In this document: positions 30,399-45,704 of the stretch, in pieces
Numbering within the stretch: position 1 is the stretch's first letter
Layout of the letters: the number at the start of each line of letters is the position of its first letter
Assembly: GCF_044324875.1 (NCBI RefSeq)
Contig: NZ_CP172185.1
Strand: one strand, 5' to 3'
Length of the DNA: 64,000 nucleotides
Source of the DNA: Escherichia coli
GTDB taxonomy: Bacteria > Pseudomonadota > Gammaproteobacteria > Enterobacterales > Enterobacteriaceae
Program-made: the position numbers and the translations under genes
Notes under the pieces: generated by a model
Databases searched by the model: none
What the model saw: only the letters and a program-made list of their open reading frames with translations
What the model was told of the DNA's origin: nothing

Positions 30399-32768
30399 AT
30401 GAAAAAACGTATCCCCACTCTCCTGGCCACCATGATTGCCACCGCCCTTTATAGTCAACAGGGACTGGCAGCCGACCTCGCCTCACAGTGCATGTTGGGC
30501 GTGCCAAGCTATGACCGTCCTCTGGTACAGGGCGATACCAATGACTTACCCGTGACTATCAATGCTGACCACGCGAAAGGGGACTACCCGGATGACGCCG
30601 TGTTTACTGGCAGCGTGGATATCATGCAGGGTAACAGCCGCCTGCAGGCCGACGAAGTGCAGCTCCATCAAAAAGAGGCACCAGGACAACCGGAGCCGGT
30701 ACGTACCGTTGATGCGCTCGGTAATGTCCATTACGACGATAACCAGGTGATCCTCAAAGGGCCGAAAGGCTGGGCGAATCTGAACACCAAAGATACCAAC
30801 GTCTGGGAAGGTGATTACCAGATGGTGGGTCGTCAGGGCCGCGGTAAAGCGGACCTGATGAAACAACGTGGCGAAAACCGCTATACCATTCTGGATAACG
30901 GTAGCTTTACCTCCTGTCTGCCGGGTTCTGACACCTGGAGCGTGGTAGGTAGCGAAATTATTCATGACCGCGAAGAACAAGTTGCGGAGATCTGGAACGC
31001 CCGCTTTAAGGTGGGTCCGGTACCGATCTTTTATAGCCCCTATTTGCAGTTGCCGGTGGGTGACAAACGTCGCTCTGGTTTCTTGATCCCGAACGCCAAG
31101 TACACCACCACCAACTACTTTGAGTTCTACCTTCCATATTACTGGAACATCGCGCCAAATATGGATGCCACCATCACGCCGCATTATATGCATCGTCGTG
31201 GCAATATCATGTGGGAGAACGAATTCCGCTACCTCTCCCAGGCGGGCGCTGGCTTGATGGAACTGGACTATCTGCCTTCAGATAAAGTCTATGAAGATGA
31301 ACACCCGAACGATGACAGTTCACGTCGTTGGTTATTCTACTGGAACCACTCCGGGGTCATGGATCAGGTGTGGCGTTTCAACGTCGACTACACCAAGGTC
31401 AGCGATCCTAGCTACTTCAATGATTTTGATAACAAGTACGGTTCCAGTACTGACGGCTACGCAACGCAAAAATTCAGCGTTGGCTATGCGGTGCAAAACT
31501 TCAATGCCACCGTTTCAACCAAGCAGTTCCAGGTCTTCAGCGAGCAGAACACCAGTAGCTACTCGGCAGAGCCGCAGTTAGACGTTAACTACTACCAGAA
31601 TGATGTTGGTCCGTTTGATACACGCATTTACGGCCAGGCAGTGCACTTTGTTAACACCAGAGACGACATGCCTGAAGCAACCCGTGTTCACCTGGAACCG
31701 ACCATCAATTTGCCGCTCTCTAATAACTGGGGCAGCATCAATACCGAAGCGAAGTTGCTGGCAACCCATTATCAGCAAACCAATCTTGACTGGTATAACA
31801 GCAATCCACAAAACAATAAGTTGGCAGATTCTGTTGACCGTGTAATGCCGCAATTTAAAGTTGACGGTAAAATGGTCTTCGAACGTGATATGAATCTGCT
31901 AGCACCGGGCTTTACCCAAACGCTGGAACCGCGCGCGCAGTATTTGTACGTGCCGTATCGCGATCAGAGCGATATCTACAACTACGACTCTGCCTTATTG
32001 CAATCCGATTATTCGGGCTTGTTCCGGGACCGGACTTACGGCGGTCTTGACCGTATTGCCTCCGCTAACCAGGTGACGACCGGTGTCACATCTCGCGTAT
32101 ATGATGATGCTGCCGTTGAACGTTTTAATATTTCCGTTGGTCAAATCTACTATTTCACGGAGTCTCGCACTGGCGATGACAACATAACATGGGAGAATGA
32201 CGACAAAACGGGATCACTGGTGTGGGCAGGCGACACCTACTGGCGTATCTCCGAGCGTTGGGGATTGCGTGGCGGGATTCAGTACGACACTCGCCTGGAT
32301 AACGTGGCGACCAGTAGTTCTAGTATTGAGTATCGCCGAGATGAAGACCGTCTGGTGCAGCTGAACTACCGTTACGCCAGCCCGGAATATATTCAGGCTA
32401 CACTGCCAAGAGACAGTAGAGATAAACGTTGGAATGCCCCTCAGTACAAAGATGGTATTTCGCAGGTAGGTGCCGTCGCCAGCTGGCCAATTGCCGATCG
32501 TTGGTCCATTGTTGGAGCCTACTACTACGACACCAATGCGAACAAGCAAGCCGACTCTATGTTAGGTGTGCAATACAGCTCCTGCTGCTATGCAATTCGC
32601 GTCGGTTACGAGCGGAAGCTGAACGGTTGGGATAACGATAAACAACATGCGGTATATGACAACGCAATCGGCTTTAACATCGAACTTCGCGGCCTGAGCT
32701 CCAACTACGGCCTGGGTACGCAAGAGATGCTGCGTTCGAACATTCTGCCGTATCAAAACACTTTGTGA
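30399..32768 (+). CDS. lptD: LPS assembly outer membrane protein LptD
   Basis: 789 aa, [24 protein letters not shown] signal peptide; followed by surA. Confidence 0.93.
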   Translation: MKKRIPTLLATMIATALYSQQGLAADLASQCMLGVPSYDRPLVQGDTNDLPVTINADHAKGDYPDDAVFTGSVDIMQGNSRLQADEVQLHQKEAPGQPEPVRTVDALGNVHYDDNQVILKGPKGWANLNTKDTNVWEGDYQMVGRQGRGKADLMKQRGENRYTILDNGSFTSCLPGSDTWSVVGSEIIHDREEQVAEIWNARFKVGPVPIFYSPYLQLPVGDKRRSGFLIPNAKYTTTNYFEFYLPYYWNIAPNMDATITPHYMHRRGNIMWENEFRYLSQAGAGLMELDYLPSDKVYEDEHPNDDSSRRWLFYWNHSGVMDQVWRFNVDYTKVSDPSYFNDFDNKYGSSTDGYATQKFSVGYAVQNFNATVSTKQFQVFSEQNTSSYSAEPQLDVNYYQNDVGPFDTRIYGQAVHFVNTRDDMPEATRVHLEPTINLPLSNNWGSINTEAKLLATHYQQTNLDWYNSNPQNNKLADSVDRVMPQFKVDGKMVFERDMNLLAPGFTQTLEPRAQYLYVPYRDQSDIYNYDSALLQSDYSGLFRDRTYGGLDRIASANQVTTGVTSRVYDDAAVERFNISVGQIYYFTESRTGDDNITWENDDKTGSLVWAGDTYWRISERWGLRGGIQYDTRLDNVATSSSSIEYRRDEDRLVQLNYRYASPEYIQATLPRDSRDKRWNAPQYKDGISQVGAVASWPIADRWSIVGAYYYDTNANKQADSMLGVQYSSCCYAIRVGYERKLNGWDNDKQHAVYDNAIGFNIELRGLSSNYGLGTQEMLRSNILPYQNTL

Positions 32769-32820
32769 TTTGTTGATTTACCACGTAATCCGCAGTGCGG
32801 TTAATTGAAATGGAAAAAGT

Positions 32821-35914
<3,094 letters not shown>

Positions 35915-35916
35915 CG

Positions 35917-36294
35917 ATGATCAATTCGCCCCGAGTGTGTATTCAGGTTCAAAGCGTCTACATTGAGGCACAATCTTCACCTGATAATGAACGTTACGTT
36001 TTTGCTTATACCGTAACCATACGCAATCTGGGGCGAGCGCCAGTGCAGTTGTTGGGGCGTTACTGGCTGATCACCAATGGCAATGGCCGTGAAACCGAAG
36101 TCCAGGGCGAAGGAGTGGTTGGCGTCCAGCCACTTATCGCGCCTGGCGAAGAGTACCAGTACACCAGCGGTGCAATCATTGAAACCCCGCTGGGCACCAT
36201 GCAGGGTCACTACGAAATGATCGATGAAAATGGCGTCCCTTTCAGCATCGACATTCCCGTATTCCGACTCGCCGTTCCCACACTCATTCATTAA
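35917..36294 (+). CDS. apaG: ApaG (DUF525) protein
   Basis: ORF 35863..36294 trimmed to [39 protein letters not shown]. Confidence 0.9.
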   Translation: MINSPRVCIQVQSVYIEAQSSPDNERYVFAYTVTIRNLGRAPVQLLGRYWLITNGNGRETEVQGEGVVGVQPLIAPGEEYQYTSGAIIETPLGTMQGHYEMIDENGVPFSIDIPVFRLAVPTLIH

Positions 36295-36300
36295 AAGAAT

Positions 36301-37149
36301 ATGGCGACATACCTTATTGGCGACGTTCATGGTTGTTACGATGAACTGATCGCATTGCTGCATAAAGTAGAATTTACCCCTGGGAAAGACACCCTCTGGC
36401 TGACAGGCGATCTGGTCGCGCGCGGCCCTGGTTCGCTGGATGTTCTGCGCTATGTGAAATCCTTAGGCGACAGCGTACGTCTGGTGCTGGGCAATCACGA
36501 TCTGCATCTGCTGGCGGTATTTGCCGGGATCAGCCGCAATAAACCGAAAGATCGCCTGACACCGCTGCTGGAAGCGCCGGATGCCGACGAGCTGCTTAAC
36601 TGGCTGCGTCGCCAGCCTCTGCTGCAAATCGACGAAGAGAAAAAGCTGGTGATGGCCCACGCCGGGATCACGCCGCAGTGGGATCTGCAGACTGCCAAAG
36701 AGTGCGCGCGCGATGTAGAAGCGGTGCTGTCGAGTGACTCCTATCCCTTCTTTCTTGATGCCATGTACGGCGATATGCCAAATAACTGGTCACCGGAATT
36801 GCGGGGGCTGGGAAGACTGCGGTTTATCACCAACGCCTTTACCCGTATGCGTTTTTGCTTCCCGAACGGTCAACTGGATATGTACAGCAAAGAATCGCCG
36901 GAAGAGGCCCCTGCCCCACTGAAACCGTGGTTTGCGATTCCTGGCCCTGTCGCTGAAGAATACAGCATCGCCTTTGGTCACTGGGCATCGCTGGAAGGCA
37001 AAGGTACGCCGGAAGGTATTTACGCGCTGGATACTGGCTGCTGCTGGGGGGGTACATTAACCTGCCTGCGCTGGGAAGATAAACAGTATTTTGTCCAGCC
37101 GTCGAACCGGCATAAGGATTTGGGCGAAGGAGAGGCGGTCGCGTCTTAA
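36301..37149 (+). CDS. apaH: Bis(5'-nucleosyl)-tetraphosphatase (symmetrical)
   Basis: 282 aa, [16 protein letters not shown], metallophosphatase GDLVARGP...GNHD. Confidence 0.93.
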   Translation: MATYLIGDVHGCYDELIALLHKVEFTPGKDTLWLTGDLVARGPGSLDVLRYVKSLGDSVRLVLGNHDLHLLAVFAGISRNKPKDRLTPLLEAPDADELLNWLRRQPLLQIDEEKKLVMAHAGITPQWDLQTAKECARDVEAVLSSDSYPFFLDAMYGDMPNNWSPELRGLGRLRFITNAFTRMRFCFPNGQLDMYSKESPEEAPAPLKPWFAIPGPVAEEYSIAFGHWASLEGKGTPEGIYALDTGCCWGGTLTCLRWEDKQYFVQPSNRHKDLGEGEAVAS

Positions 37150-37173
37150 CGCTTTACCATTCAGGGAGGAATA

Positions 37174-37773
37174 ATGGCTGACTATTTTGAAATACGTGCT
37201 GATTACAATCAGCACACCATCACGGTTTATCAGGCTTACAATGATGCAATCGCTGACGTCGCCGTACGTGACGGGCGATTTGACGCACCTTTTTCATTCA
37301 ACCGCATGACCTGGATTAAACCCTCTTTTATGTGGATGATGGAGCGTAGCAACTGGGGACTGAAAAAAGATCAACAACGCATTCTCGCAATCCGAATCAA
37401 ACGCACCTTCTTTGATACATTGCTGGAACAAGCGGTGCTAACTACGCCGGAAGCCCATGTCTACCCACATGCAGGAGTTTGGGAAACGTTATTTGCGCAA
37501 GCAAATGTATATGTTCAGTGGGACCCAGAACGCAGCATAAATGGCAAAAAACTGGAGCACCGATCATTACAGCTTGGTATTTCTCGTAACTTGATCAGTC
37601 AATTTAACGAAGACGCGATTGTTGCCATTGATGATCTGACGCCGCTGGTGCGAAAGTGTCATAACCTATTGATAAACGGCAAAACAACACAGGCGAAATC
37701 CTTCCTGCCGCCAGAAGAAATTTATCCTGTTAGTGCAGCTGCAAGAAAGGCTTTGGGAATGAAAAATTTCTGA
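37174..37773 (+). CDS. Hypothetical protein (199 aa), strain-variable, no family assigned
   Basis: Strong SD (gggagga) just upstream of ATG; starts 24 nt after apaH stop; lower GC than flanks; Trp-rich motif TWIKPSFMWMMERSNWG. Confidence 0.6.
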   Translation: MADYFEIRADYNQHTITVYQAYNDAIADVAVRDGRFDAPFSFNRMTWIKPSFMWMMERSNWGLKKDQQRILAIRIKRTFFDTLLEQAVLTTPEAHVYPHAGVWETLFAQANVYVQWDPERSINGKKLEHRSLQLGISRNLISQFNEDAIVAIDDLTPLVRKCHNLLINGKTTQAKSFLPPEEIYPVSAAARKALGMKNF

Positions 37774-37808
37774 GACAAATACGCGCCTATTAAGCGGAAA
37801 ATATCTAA

Positions 37809-38276
37809 GTGCGACAAATCAATGCCGGGCTTAATACCAGAGAAATTATTCTGGAAATGATTGACGAAGCAGATGAACCCCCATTTGCTGAGCAGCGAAC
37901 CTGGCATCGCAGGCGAATCACTTTTCTTTGTGATTGCATCAGCGTTGCTGTCGACTACGGCTTCTTCTGTTCTGTCTCTCAGCAGTCAATAATGAACATA
38001 ACCAGGATGGCTGAAGATGTATGGATAACAGAAAGTAAAACGACCCAACTCATTGATATCTGGCAACAACTTAAGCGGCTTTATCCGCCAAACATTATTC
38101 CCTGCACCCAGCAGTTACCCGCTAAAGAATTGCTTGAACTGCTACTTTCCAGTCCTGACGATCTTCGAATAATTGAAATCCCTGACATCATCGGTGATGT
38201 TTTTGATGACCAAACCTGGATTCGATTATTCAAAAAACACTTTGCTGATATTATCTTACTACGATGTAATGTGTAA
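37809..38276 (+). CDS. Hypothetical protein (139-155 aa depending on start), strain-variable
   Basis: ORF immediately downstream and co-directional with 37174..37773; AT-rich; start codon uncertain (non-ATG at 37809 or ATG ~37857). Confidence 0.4.
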   Translation: MRQINAGLNTREIILEMIDEADEPPFAEQRTWHRRRITFLCDCISVAVDYGFFCSVSQQSIMNITRMAEDVWITESKTTQLIDIWQQLKRLYPPNIIPCTQQLPAKELLELLLSSPDDLRIIEIPDIIGDVFDDQTWIRLFKKHFADIILLRCNV

Positions 38277-38574
38277 CAATCTAAAATACATCGCCAGACG
38301 ACAGACCAAAAAGAAAGTATTTAGCAGATACTCAACATTCTGACTTCTGTACAGAAATAGCAGAGTTTAAAAACTTAAAATTTCCGGTACTCATCAGAGA
38401 AACATCCTGTTTCTTCTGCAAGTTCATTTAATGCCGAGATGGCATCCTCGTTTACTTCAGTCCACTGTAGAGTGGCTTGAGGGTTTAGACCTACGCAATG
38501 AGCGCGACTCACAAAATCGCGCTCACTGGTAAAATCAGACGTCTTATCGTTCAATTTGTAGTCATAGCAAAAAC

Positions 38575-39084
<510 letters not shown>

Positions 39085-39244
39085 CTATACGTAAAGCGTA
39101 AACCGTCGTCGACTGGTGCGAGGATGATGTTGAGGAAAATTTTATATTCTGCTGGCGAGTCCACGCTCTCTCCCTGGACTCGCCGCATTACAATGAAACA
39201 AAAACAAACAGTTAGCTGTAAAGTGTGATTTACGTCACTCTTTA

Positions 39245-41107
39245 TTAGGATGAGGGTTTCGTTTCCGGTTCATCCGCCATGTTGCCGGTATGTTTACCTT
39301 CTTCTGTTCCCTGCCAGCCATGTCGTTGAATTAATGACAGATGTTCGCGGTCCTCGGTAATGATCTCACTTAACATCGCGCTGGTGCGTTTATAGACCGC
39401 CGCGCGGGCTTTGGTGTCGTTCTCAACCATTGCCATCTCTTCCACCATCTGAATATTAAAGCGGCGGAACACATCGGCACGTTCTCGCGCTTCATACGGC
39501 CCCAGACCTAAACTTTCCAGTGCCAGACGCCCGGTTTTCAGCGCACCTTCGAAGGTTTCACGCTCCGGCTTTTCAACGCCTGCCTGACGCAAACGAATGT
39601 AGTGGTCGACATCGCGGGCGCGGGCAATAATCTGCAAATGCGGGAAATGTTCTTTCACCATCTCCGTCAGTTGCAGGTTGGTTTGCGGATCGTCGATGGC
39701 GTTAATCAGCACTTCCGCTTTCGCCGCTCCCGCAGATTCCAGTAAATCCATCCGCGTGGCATCGCCATAAAACACTTTCATACCAAATTTACGCAAGGTT
39801 TCGATATGGTCCGGATCGTGATCGAGCACCACCATTTTCACCCCGCTGGAGAGCAGTAAACGTCCGGTGATCTGCCCAAAACGACCGAATCCGGCGATGA
39901 TTACCCGCGGCTGTTCTTCGTCGATCTCATCGGCTTCACGCGCCTCTTCAGTAGAAGATTGCTCAAGGCGATTGAGGATCACCAGCAGAATCGGCGTTGC
40001 CGCCATCGACAGCGCCACCGCCAGGGTCAGCGATTTCGCCCACTCCGGCTCCAGCACATTCGCCATCTGCGCCGCGCCAAACACCACAAAAGCAAACTCA
40101 CTGCCCTGCCCTAACAGCACCGCAAACCAGCGACGCTGTTTATTTGGCACCTGCAACGGTCGGGCAATCAGCCACAACATGGCGATTTTGATGATGAGGA
40201 AACCGAGCAGCAAAATGACAATGCGTAATGGGTTTTCAATCAGCGTGCCAAAGTCTATCGACATGCCAACACCGATGAAAAACAGCCCCAGCAGCAAACC
40301 TTTAAATGGCTCGATATCGCTCTCCAGCGCATGACGGTATTCCGAGCTTGCCAGCAGTACGCCCGCCAGAAACGCGCCCATCGCCATCGACAAGCCGACC
40401 TCTTCCAGCAGCAAACCAAAGCCAAACACGAGGAATAACGCCACGGCACTAAACACTTCCCGCAAGCCAGAGCGGGCAACAAAACGCAGCGCCGGACGCG
40501 TGACATAGCGCCCCAGCAATACCACCAGCACCAGCGCACCCGCCACTTTTAACGCCGAGAGAGCAAATGCGCCCATCGTCGTCGAGGCACTGCTCGCTGC
40601 CAGTAGCGGGATCATCGCCACCAGCGGGATCGCCGCGATATCCTGGAACAGCAGCACCGCAAAGGCACTGCGACCCATTTGCGTCACCATCAGATTGCGT
40701 TCATTCATCGCCTGCATGGCAATCGCCGTAGAGGAGAGCGCCAGCGTCATGCCGATCAATTCCGCGACCTGCCAGCGCAGCCCAAGCAACATACAGAACA
40801 GCCCCAGCAGGCCGCCGCAAATCACCATCTGCAATGCGCCGCCGCCGAACACCGCCGCACGCAGCTTCCACAGCCTTTGTGGATCGAGTTCGAGGCCGAT
40901 AATAAACAGCATCAGCACCACGCCAATCTCGGCAAAGTGCAGAATAGATTCGGCATCGGTCACCAGTCGCAGCCCCCACGGGCCAATAATGCAGCCGGCG
41001 ATCAGGTAGCCAAGTACCGATCCCAGACCGAGACGTACCGCAATGGGAACAATCAGCGCCGCCGAACCGAGATAAATCAGCGCCTGAATAAGCGTATGGC
41101 TATCCAT
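39245..41107 (-). CDS. kefC: Glutathione-regulated K+/H+ antiporter KefC
   Basis: ORF 39245..41203 trimmed to [20 protein letters not shown] (620 aa); C-terminal KTN/Rossmann domain GFGRFG. Confidence 0.92.
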   Translation of the reverse strand: MDSHTLIQALIYLGSAALIVPIAVRLGLGSVLGYLIAGCIIGPWGLRLVTDAESILHFAEIGVVLMLFIIGLELDPQRLWKLRAAVFGGGALQMVICGGLLGLFCMLLGLRWQVAELIGMTLALSSTAIAMQAMNERNLMVTQMGRSAFAVLLFQDIAAIPLVAMIPLLAASSASTTMGAFALSALKVAGALVLVVLLGRYVTRPALRFVARSGLREVFSAVALFLVFGFGLLLEEVGLSMAMGAFLAGVLLASSEYRHALESDIEPFKGLLLGLFFIGVGMSIDFGTLIENPLRIVILLLGFLIIKIAMLWLIARPLQVPNKQRRWFAVLLGQGSEFAFVVFGAAQMANVLEPEWAKSLTLAVALSMAATPILLVILNRLEQSSTEEAREADEIDEEQPRVIIAGFGRFGQITGRLLLSSGVKMVVLDHDPDHIETLRKFGMKVFYGDATRMDLLESAGAAKAEVLINAIDDPQTNLQLTEMVKEHFPHLQIIARARDVDHYIRLRQAGVEKPERETFEGALKTGRLALESLGLGPYEARERADVFRRFNIQMVEEMAMVENDTKARAAVYKRTSAMLSEIITEDREHLSLIQRHGWQGTEEGKHTGNMADEPETKPSS

Positions 41108-41630
41108 GATGTGCCTCCTGCCATTCCAGCAGACGTTGCTTATAGTGCCGCGCCTGCCCTTCGAGGGTTTCGTCGTCACAAATAAAGGTGCAGTGCATGG
41201 CAAACGGTGGCAGCCAGTTCAGCCCGCAGTAGATTGCCGTCGCCTGTAGCGGCTGTGACAGCACATCAAAGCCCGGATGCGCACCAATCTCAAAATGGCT
41301 TTCCCCACCGCCGGTCGTCACCGCCCACAGTAAATGTTTGCCATGCAGCGCCGTGCCGCCGTGACCGTAAGCCCAGCCGTGCGAGAAGACTTTATCGATC
41401 CAAAGTTTAAGAAGCGGAGGAATGCTGTACCACTGCATCGGGTGCTGCAAGACGATCAGATCGGCGCGAGACAGCGCCTCCTGCTCGGCGGCAATATCGA
41501 TATTGAAGTCAGGATAGAGTTGATAAAGAGAGCGAATTTCGACGCCTTCCAGCGTCCTTGCCTGTTCAAGCATCCGTTTATTCGCATGGGAATGATGCGG
41601 ATATGGATGCGCATAAATTATAAGAATCAT
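41100..41630 (-). CDS. kefF: KefC ancillary flavoprotein (quinone oxidoreductase-like) KefF
   Basis: 176 aa, [23 protein letters not shown]; overlaps kefC start by 8 nt. Confidence 0.92.
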   Translation of the reverse strand: MILIIYAHPYPHHSHANKRMLEQARTLEGVEIRSLYQLYPDFNIDIAAEQEALSRADLIVLQHPMQWYSIPPLLKLWIDKVFSHGWAYGHGGTALHGKHLLWAVTTGGGESHFEIGAHPGFDVLSQPLQATAIYCGLNWLPPFAMHCTFICDDETLEGQARHYKQRLLEWQEAHHG

Positions 41631-41737
41631 AGGTAGCCCGCGTGATTACGCCTTTGTTTTCCCACAAAGTGTAGTCATATATTCACGCAGCTTATAGTCA
41701 ATAATATTGATTCAGAAAAGAGAGAAATCTGAACAAA

Positions 41738-43069
41738 TTACCCCATTCTCTGCCCGCGGATCGTCATATTGCTGGTCTGCGCCAGTGACATCCCTCGAGT
41801 CTCCGGGGCAAACGCTACGGAAATCAACAAGCCAAACAGCGAGATACCCGCCCCCATTAGCATCGTGTTACTGATACCGTAATTATTGATAAAGATCGGC
41901 AGTGCCCAGGTCGAAACAATAGTGCCAATACGGCTTAAGGACATAATCACGCCCACGGCAGAGGCGCGGATATCCGTCGGGAAGAGCTCATTAGGATAGA
42001 GCCACTGCAAATTACCCGGCCCGCCAGAGAAAAAGGCATATACCGCAAAGGCCATCACTACCAGCCAGATCCCCATATCCGGGATCAGCCCCAAAACCGC
42101 CAGCGCCAGCGTCATCATGGCAAAGCTGCCAATCAACAATGGACGCCGTCCGGCAGTGTTTAACCACAGCATCGGTGGAATACAGCCGAGCATAAAGAAC
42201 AGGCTAATCACCACGTTCCCCAGTGCCGCGTTTTTGCCAACACCCAATCCCAACAAACCAACGATTTGCGGGCCAAAGGTGTAGATGGCGAACATCGGGA
42301 TCACCTGGCAGGTCCAGATGGCGGCAACAAACAGAACAAAAGGAAAATGGCGGCGATTAAACAGATCGCGAAAACGGGTTTGCTGCGGCTGCTCTTCATC
42401 GAAAGCCACCGGTTCGCCAAACAGTTTGATCATCATCTCTTCGCACTCTTTTACTCGCCCTTTGCGTAACAACCAGCGGGGAGATTCAGGCAGTTCGAAT
42501 CGACCAATCAAAATCAACAAACAGGGGATCGCTGCGCTACCCAGCATCCAGCGCCAACCACCTTCCACATCATAAAGCCAGTAACCGACCAGATCGGCGC
42601 AGGTCGCGCCGACATACCACATCGCGGCAATAAAGCTGATGGAAAACGCCCGCTGACGGGTACTGGAGAACTCAGTGATCATCGAAGTGGCGATGGGATA
42701 ATCTGCACCGATGACAATGCCGATGAGTACCCGCATCACTAACAGTTCGACGGGGGATGAGACAAACATCGTCGCCACCGATATCACGCCGATGGCGATG
42801 ATATCGATGAGGAACATTTTGCGCCGTCCGACTTTATCGGAGATATAGCCAAACAGCGATGTGCCAACGAACAGCCCGGCGAGCGTTCCCGCGCCCAGCA
42901 AGCCAATCCAGTCAGCGTCCAGTTTCAGCGCCGGAGTCAGTTGCTCCAGCGCCACGCCAATCATTACCAGTACATAACCATCCAGAAACGGACCACCGCT
43001 TCCCCACAGCAAAATGCGGCGGTGAATAGAAGAGAATTTAAGATCGTCAAAGTTTCTGGACGGTTGCAT
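41738..43069 (-). CDS. yaaU: MFS transporter
   Basis: 443 aa polytopic ORF with sugar-transporter-like motifs; between kefF and fixX. Confidence 0.88.
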   Translation of the reverse strand: MQPSRNFDDLKFSSIHRRILLWGSGGPFLDGYVLVMIGVALEQLTPALKLDADWIGLLGAGTLAGLFVGTSLFGYISDKVGRRKMFLIDIIAIGVISVATMFVSSPVELLVMRVLIGIVIGADYPIATSMITEFSSTRQRAFSISFIAAMWYVGATCADLVGYWLYDVEGGWRWMLGSAAIPCLLILIGRFELPESPRWLLRKGRVKECEEMMIKLFGEPVAFDEEQPQQTRFRDLFNRRHFPFVLFVAAIWTCQVIPMFAIYTFGPQIVGLLGLGVGKNAALGNVVISLFFMLGCIPPMLWLNTAGRRPLLIGSFAMMTLALAVLGLIPDMGIWLVVMAFAVYAFFSGGPGNLQWLYPNELFPTDIRASAVGVIMSLSRIGTIVSTWALPIFINNYGISNTMLMGAGISLFGLLISVAFAPETRGMSLAQTSNMTIRGQRMG

Positions 43070-43127
43070 GGGTTATTCCTGTTTTTTTGCAATGAGAGTC
43101 AGTACGGCGTTACGTATCAAACCAACA

Positions 43128-43415
43128 TCAGCCGTAACGGAACTCCACACCAAAGGTGCCGCGCGGGTATTCCCACTGTTCCAGCGCCGACCCCAGCCCC
43201 AGAATGCGACAGGTGCCGCACTCCAGACATCCGGCGTAATCGAAGCGCACACTGCCGTCATCCTGCTTCTTGTACAGACCTGCGGGGCACGCTTTCACCA
43301 GCAGCTCCAGCGCCTGTTTATCGGCATCGGCCTTCACAACAATGTGCGGATGCTCTTCATCGACATTGAATTTATTGACGCCCAGTTTGACGTCCACATT
43401 GACGGGAGAAGTCAT
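43128..43415 (-). CDS. fixX: Ferredoxin-like protein FixX
   Basis: 95 aa with Cys cluster CGTCRILGLG..., overlaps fixC. Confidence 0.9.
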   Translation of the reverse strand: MTSPVNVDVKLGVNKFNVDEEHPHIVVKADADKQALELLVKACPAGLYKKQDDGSVRFDYAGCLECGTCRILGLGSALEQWEYPRGTFGVEFRYG

Positions 43416-44698
43416 AAAACGGTCACTCCTTTCATGCCATCCTTGATCAGATTGATGAAGCCCACTTTCTTGCCGTGGCGGAGGATTTTCTTGCGCATCA
43501 GTTCCGGCGCACTGCCGTCAATGGTGAACAGGTCACGCGCCACGCCCACCGCCAGTTCCGGGTAGCCGCTAAACATGCGTGGGTTATCAAGGAACGCCGG
43601 TAGTTTCTGGTACATACGCATATCGCGCAGCGGGCCACTCTCAAGATGCTGACGATATTCCGCCAGTTTTTGCTTACTGAAATCGTCGCTTTTCATCGCT
43701 GAAAGCACGGTTTTTGCTGCGGCTTCCCCGGCGGCAATCGCCAGATCCATACCGCGAATGGTAAAACCGAGGTTCATACACATTCCGGCGGCATCACCGG
43801 CAATCAGTACGCCGTCACCGACCAGCTCCGGCAGCATGTTGATGCCTGCTTCCGGCACTACGTGAGCGGAATATTCCACCAGCTTGCCGCCCGCGATCAG
43901 CGGTGCAACGGCCGGATGTTGTTTGAAATCTTCCAGCATTTGCGGCACCGATTTTTTTGCGTCATGCAGATGATGGAGACCACAAACCAGCCCCAGCGAC
44001 AGGGTATTTTCATTGGTATAAAGGAAGCCGCCGCCCATCAGGCCATCGGTGGGGGAACCCGCAAACAGGCAAGCCGCACCCTGATTACCCTGCAACTGAA
44101 AACGGTCTTCGATAACCGACTTCGGTAACTCGATCAGTTCCTTCACGCCAACCGCCACATCCGTCGGTTTGACGCGTTTTGCCATCCCCAACTTTTCGGC
44201 AAGGATGGAGTTCACCCCATCAGCAAGGATCACCGTTTTCGCTTCAATCACATCGCCATCGGCTTCTACACCGACAACTTTGCCATCGCGCTGTACGAGG
44301 TTATCGACGCGGATCCCGGTAATTAACTGCGCGCCCGCTTCTTCGGCCTGCTCCATCAGCCAGGCATCAAATTTACTGCGCAAAACGGAGTAAGAACGCT
44401 GGGATGGCGAGGTTTCGTCACCGTTGCAGTAGTCCATAGTCATCGCTGACTTTTCCGTCATAAACGCGAGTTTTTCATGGGTGATCAGGCGTTCTACGGG
44501 GGCGGATTCGGCGAAACCTGGAATAATGTGTTCCAGACTGTGGGCATAGAGACGCCCGCCAGTAACGTTCTTGGCACCTGCGGAATTGCCACGCTCGATA
44601 ACTAACACTTGCGCCCCTTCGCGGGCGAGCACCAGTGCGGCAACCGAACCGGCAAGCCCTGCACCGACGATGATGGCGTCAAAGATATCTTCGGACAT
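43412..44698 (-). CDS. fixC: FAD-dependent oxidoreductase FixC (ETF-QO-like)
   Basis: 428 aa, N-terminal FAD fold DAIIVGAGLAGSVAA. Confidence 0.9.
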   Translation of the reverse strand: MSEDIFDAIIVGAGLAGSVAALVLAREGAQVLVIERGNSAGAKNVTGGRLYAHSLEHIIPGFAESAPVERLITHEKLAFMTEKSAMTMDYCNGDETSPSQRSYSVLRSKFDAWLMEQAEEAGAQLITGIRVDNLVQRDGKVVGVEADGDVIEAKTVILADGVNSILAEKLGMAKRVKPTDVAVGVKELIELPKSVIEDRFQLQGNQGAACLFAGSPTDGLMGGGFLYTNENTLSLGLVCGLHHLHDAKKSVPQMLEDFKQHPAVAPLIAGGKLVEYSAHVVPEAGINMLPELVGDGVLIAGDAAGMCMNLGFTIRGMDLAIAAGEAAAKTVLSAMKSDDFSKQKLAEYRQHLESGPLRDMRMYQKLPAFLDNPRMFSGYPELAVGVARDLFTIDGSAPELMRKKILRHGKKVGFINLIKDGMKGVTVL

Positions 44699-44748
44699 AA
44701 GAGCTCCCTGTCAGCGGCAGGGCCGTAATGCAGCCCTGCCAGAGTGGA

Positions 44749-45690
44749 TCAACGCGCTAAAGCTGCGGTCAGCGCCGGAAGGATCTTCACGGCGTCGCCA
44801 ACAATGCCGTAATCCGCGTACTGGAAGATCGGCGCATTTTTATCTTTGTTGATGGCGAAAATGGTTTGCGACGCATTAGCGCCAACCATGTGCTGGATCT
44901 GCCCGGAGATCCCCACCGCCAGGTACAGTTCAGGTTTCAGCATCAGGTTGGAGATACCGACATAGCGTTCGTGCTCCATCCATTTTTCGTTTTCTGCCAC
45001 CGGACGAGAACAGGCCAACTCCGCACCTATCGCCTTGCAAAGCTGTTCTGCCAGCGCAATGTTCTCTTTGCTGCCAATACCGCGACCGACGCTGACCACC
45101 AGGCGGGCTTTGTCGAGATCGACGCTGTTGCTCTGGCGCGCCTGGGTTGCCGTGCGGGTAATCGCCACAGCCGGAGCCTGCCACTCCACGGTGTGCGTTT
45201 CGCCAGTGCGTGACGCGTCTGGCTGAGCCGCATCAAACGTGCCGCTGCTGATGGTCAGTACCGCATACGGCGTGGCAATGCGTTCTTCGCCAATCGCCAG
45301 ACCGCCGTAAACCATGTGTTTCACTGTCGCTTTCCCGTCCTGTACGCTGACGGTGCTGGCATCGTTAGACACCGCCGCTTTAAGGCGATAACCCAGTTTT
45401 GCCGCCAGTAATTTGCCGCGACGGGTATTCGGCAACAGCACCAGACCGTCTGCGCCGTGCTGGCGAATAGTGTCCGCCATGACACCGGCGTAATCTTCGA
45501 CCATCCGATCGTCCGGTTTGCCGTTTAATTTCCAGACATGATTAGCGCCTAGCTGGATTGCCTGTGCGCCGTCGGCATCATTGAGGACAAAGGCATTGAT
45601 TTGATTAGCTAAAGCCTGCGCACCGTTCATCAGTTCCGGCAGACGAGAAGGGGTATCGCTGAATACCCAGACTTGAGAAAACGTGTTCAT
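44749..45690 (-). CDS. fixB: Electron transfer flavoprotein alpha-subunit homolog FixB
   Basis: 313 aa ETF-alpha-like. Confidence 0.9.
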   Translation of the reverse strand: MNTFSQVWVFSDTPSRLPELMNGAQALANQINAFVLNDADGAQAIQLGANHVWKLNGKPDDRMVEDYAGVMADTIRQHGADGLVLLPNTRRGKLLAAKLGYRLKAAVSNDASTVSVQDGKATVKHMVYGGLAIGEERIATPYAVLTISSGTFDAAQPDASRTGETHTVEWQAPAVAITRTATQARQSNSVDLDKARLVVSVGRGIGSKENIALAEQLCKAIGAELACSRPVAENEKWMEHERYVGISNLMLKPELYLAVGISGQIQHMVGANASQTIFAINKDKNAPIFQYADYGIVGDAVKILPALTAALAR

Positions 45691-45704
45691 AGCATCCCCT
45701 GTAA

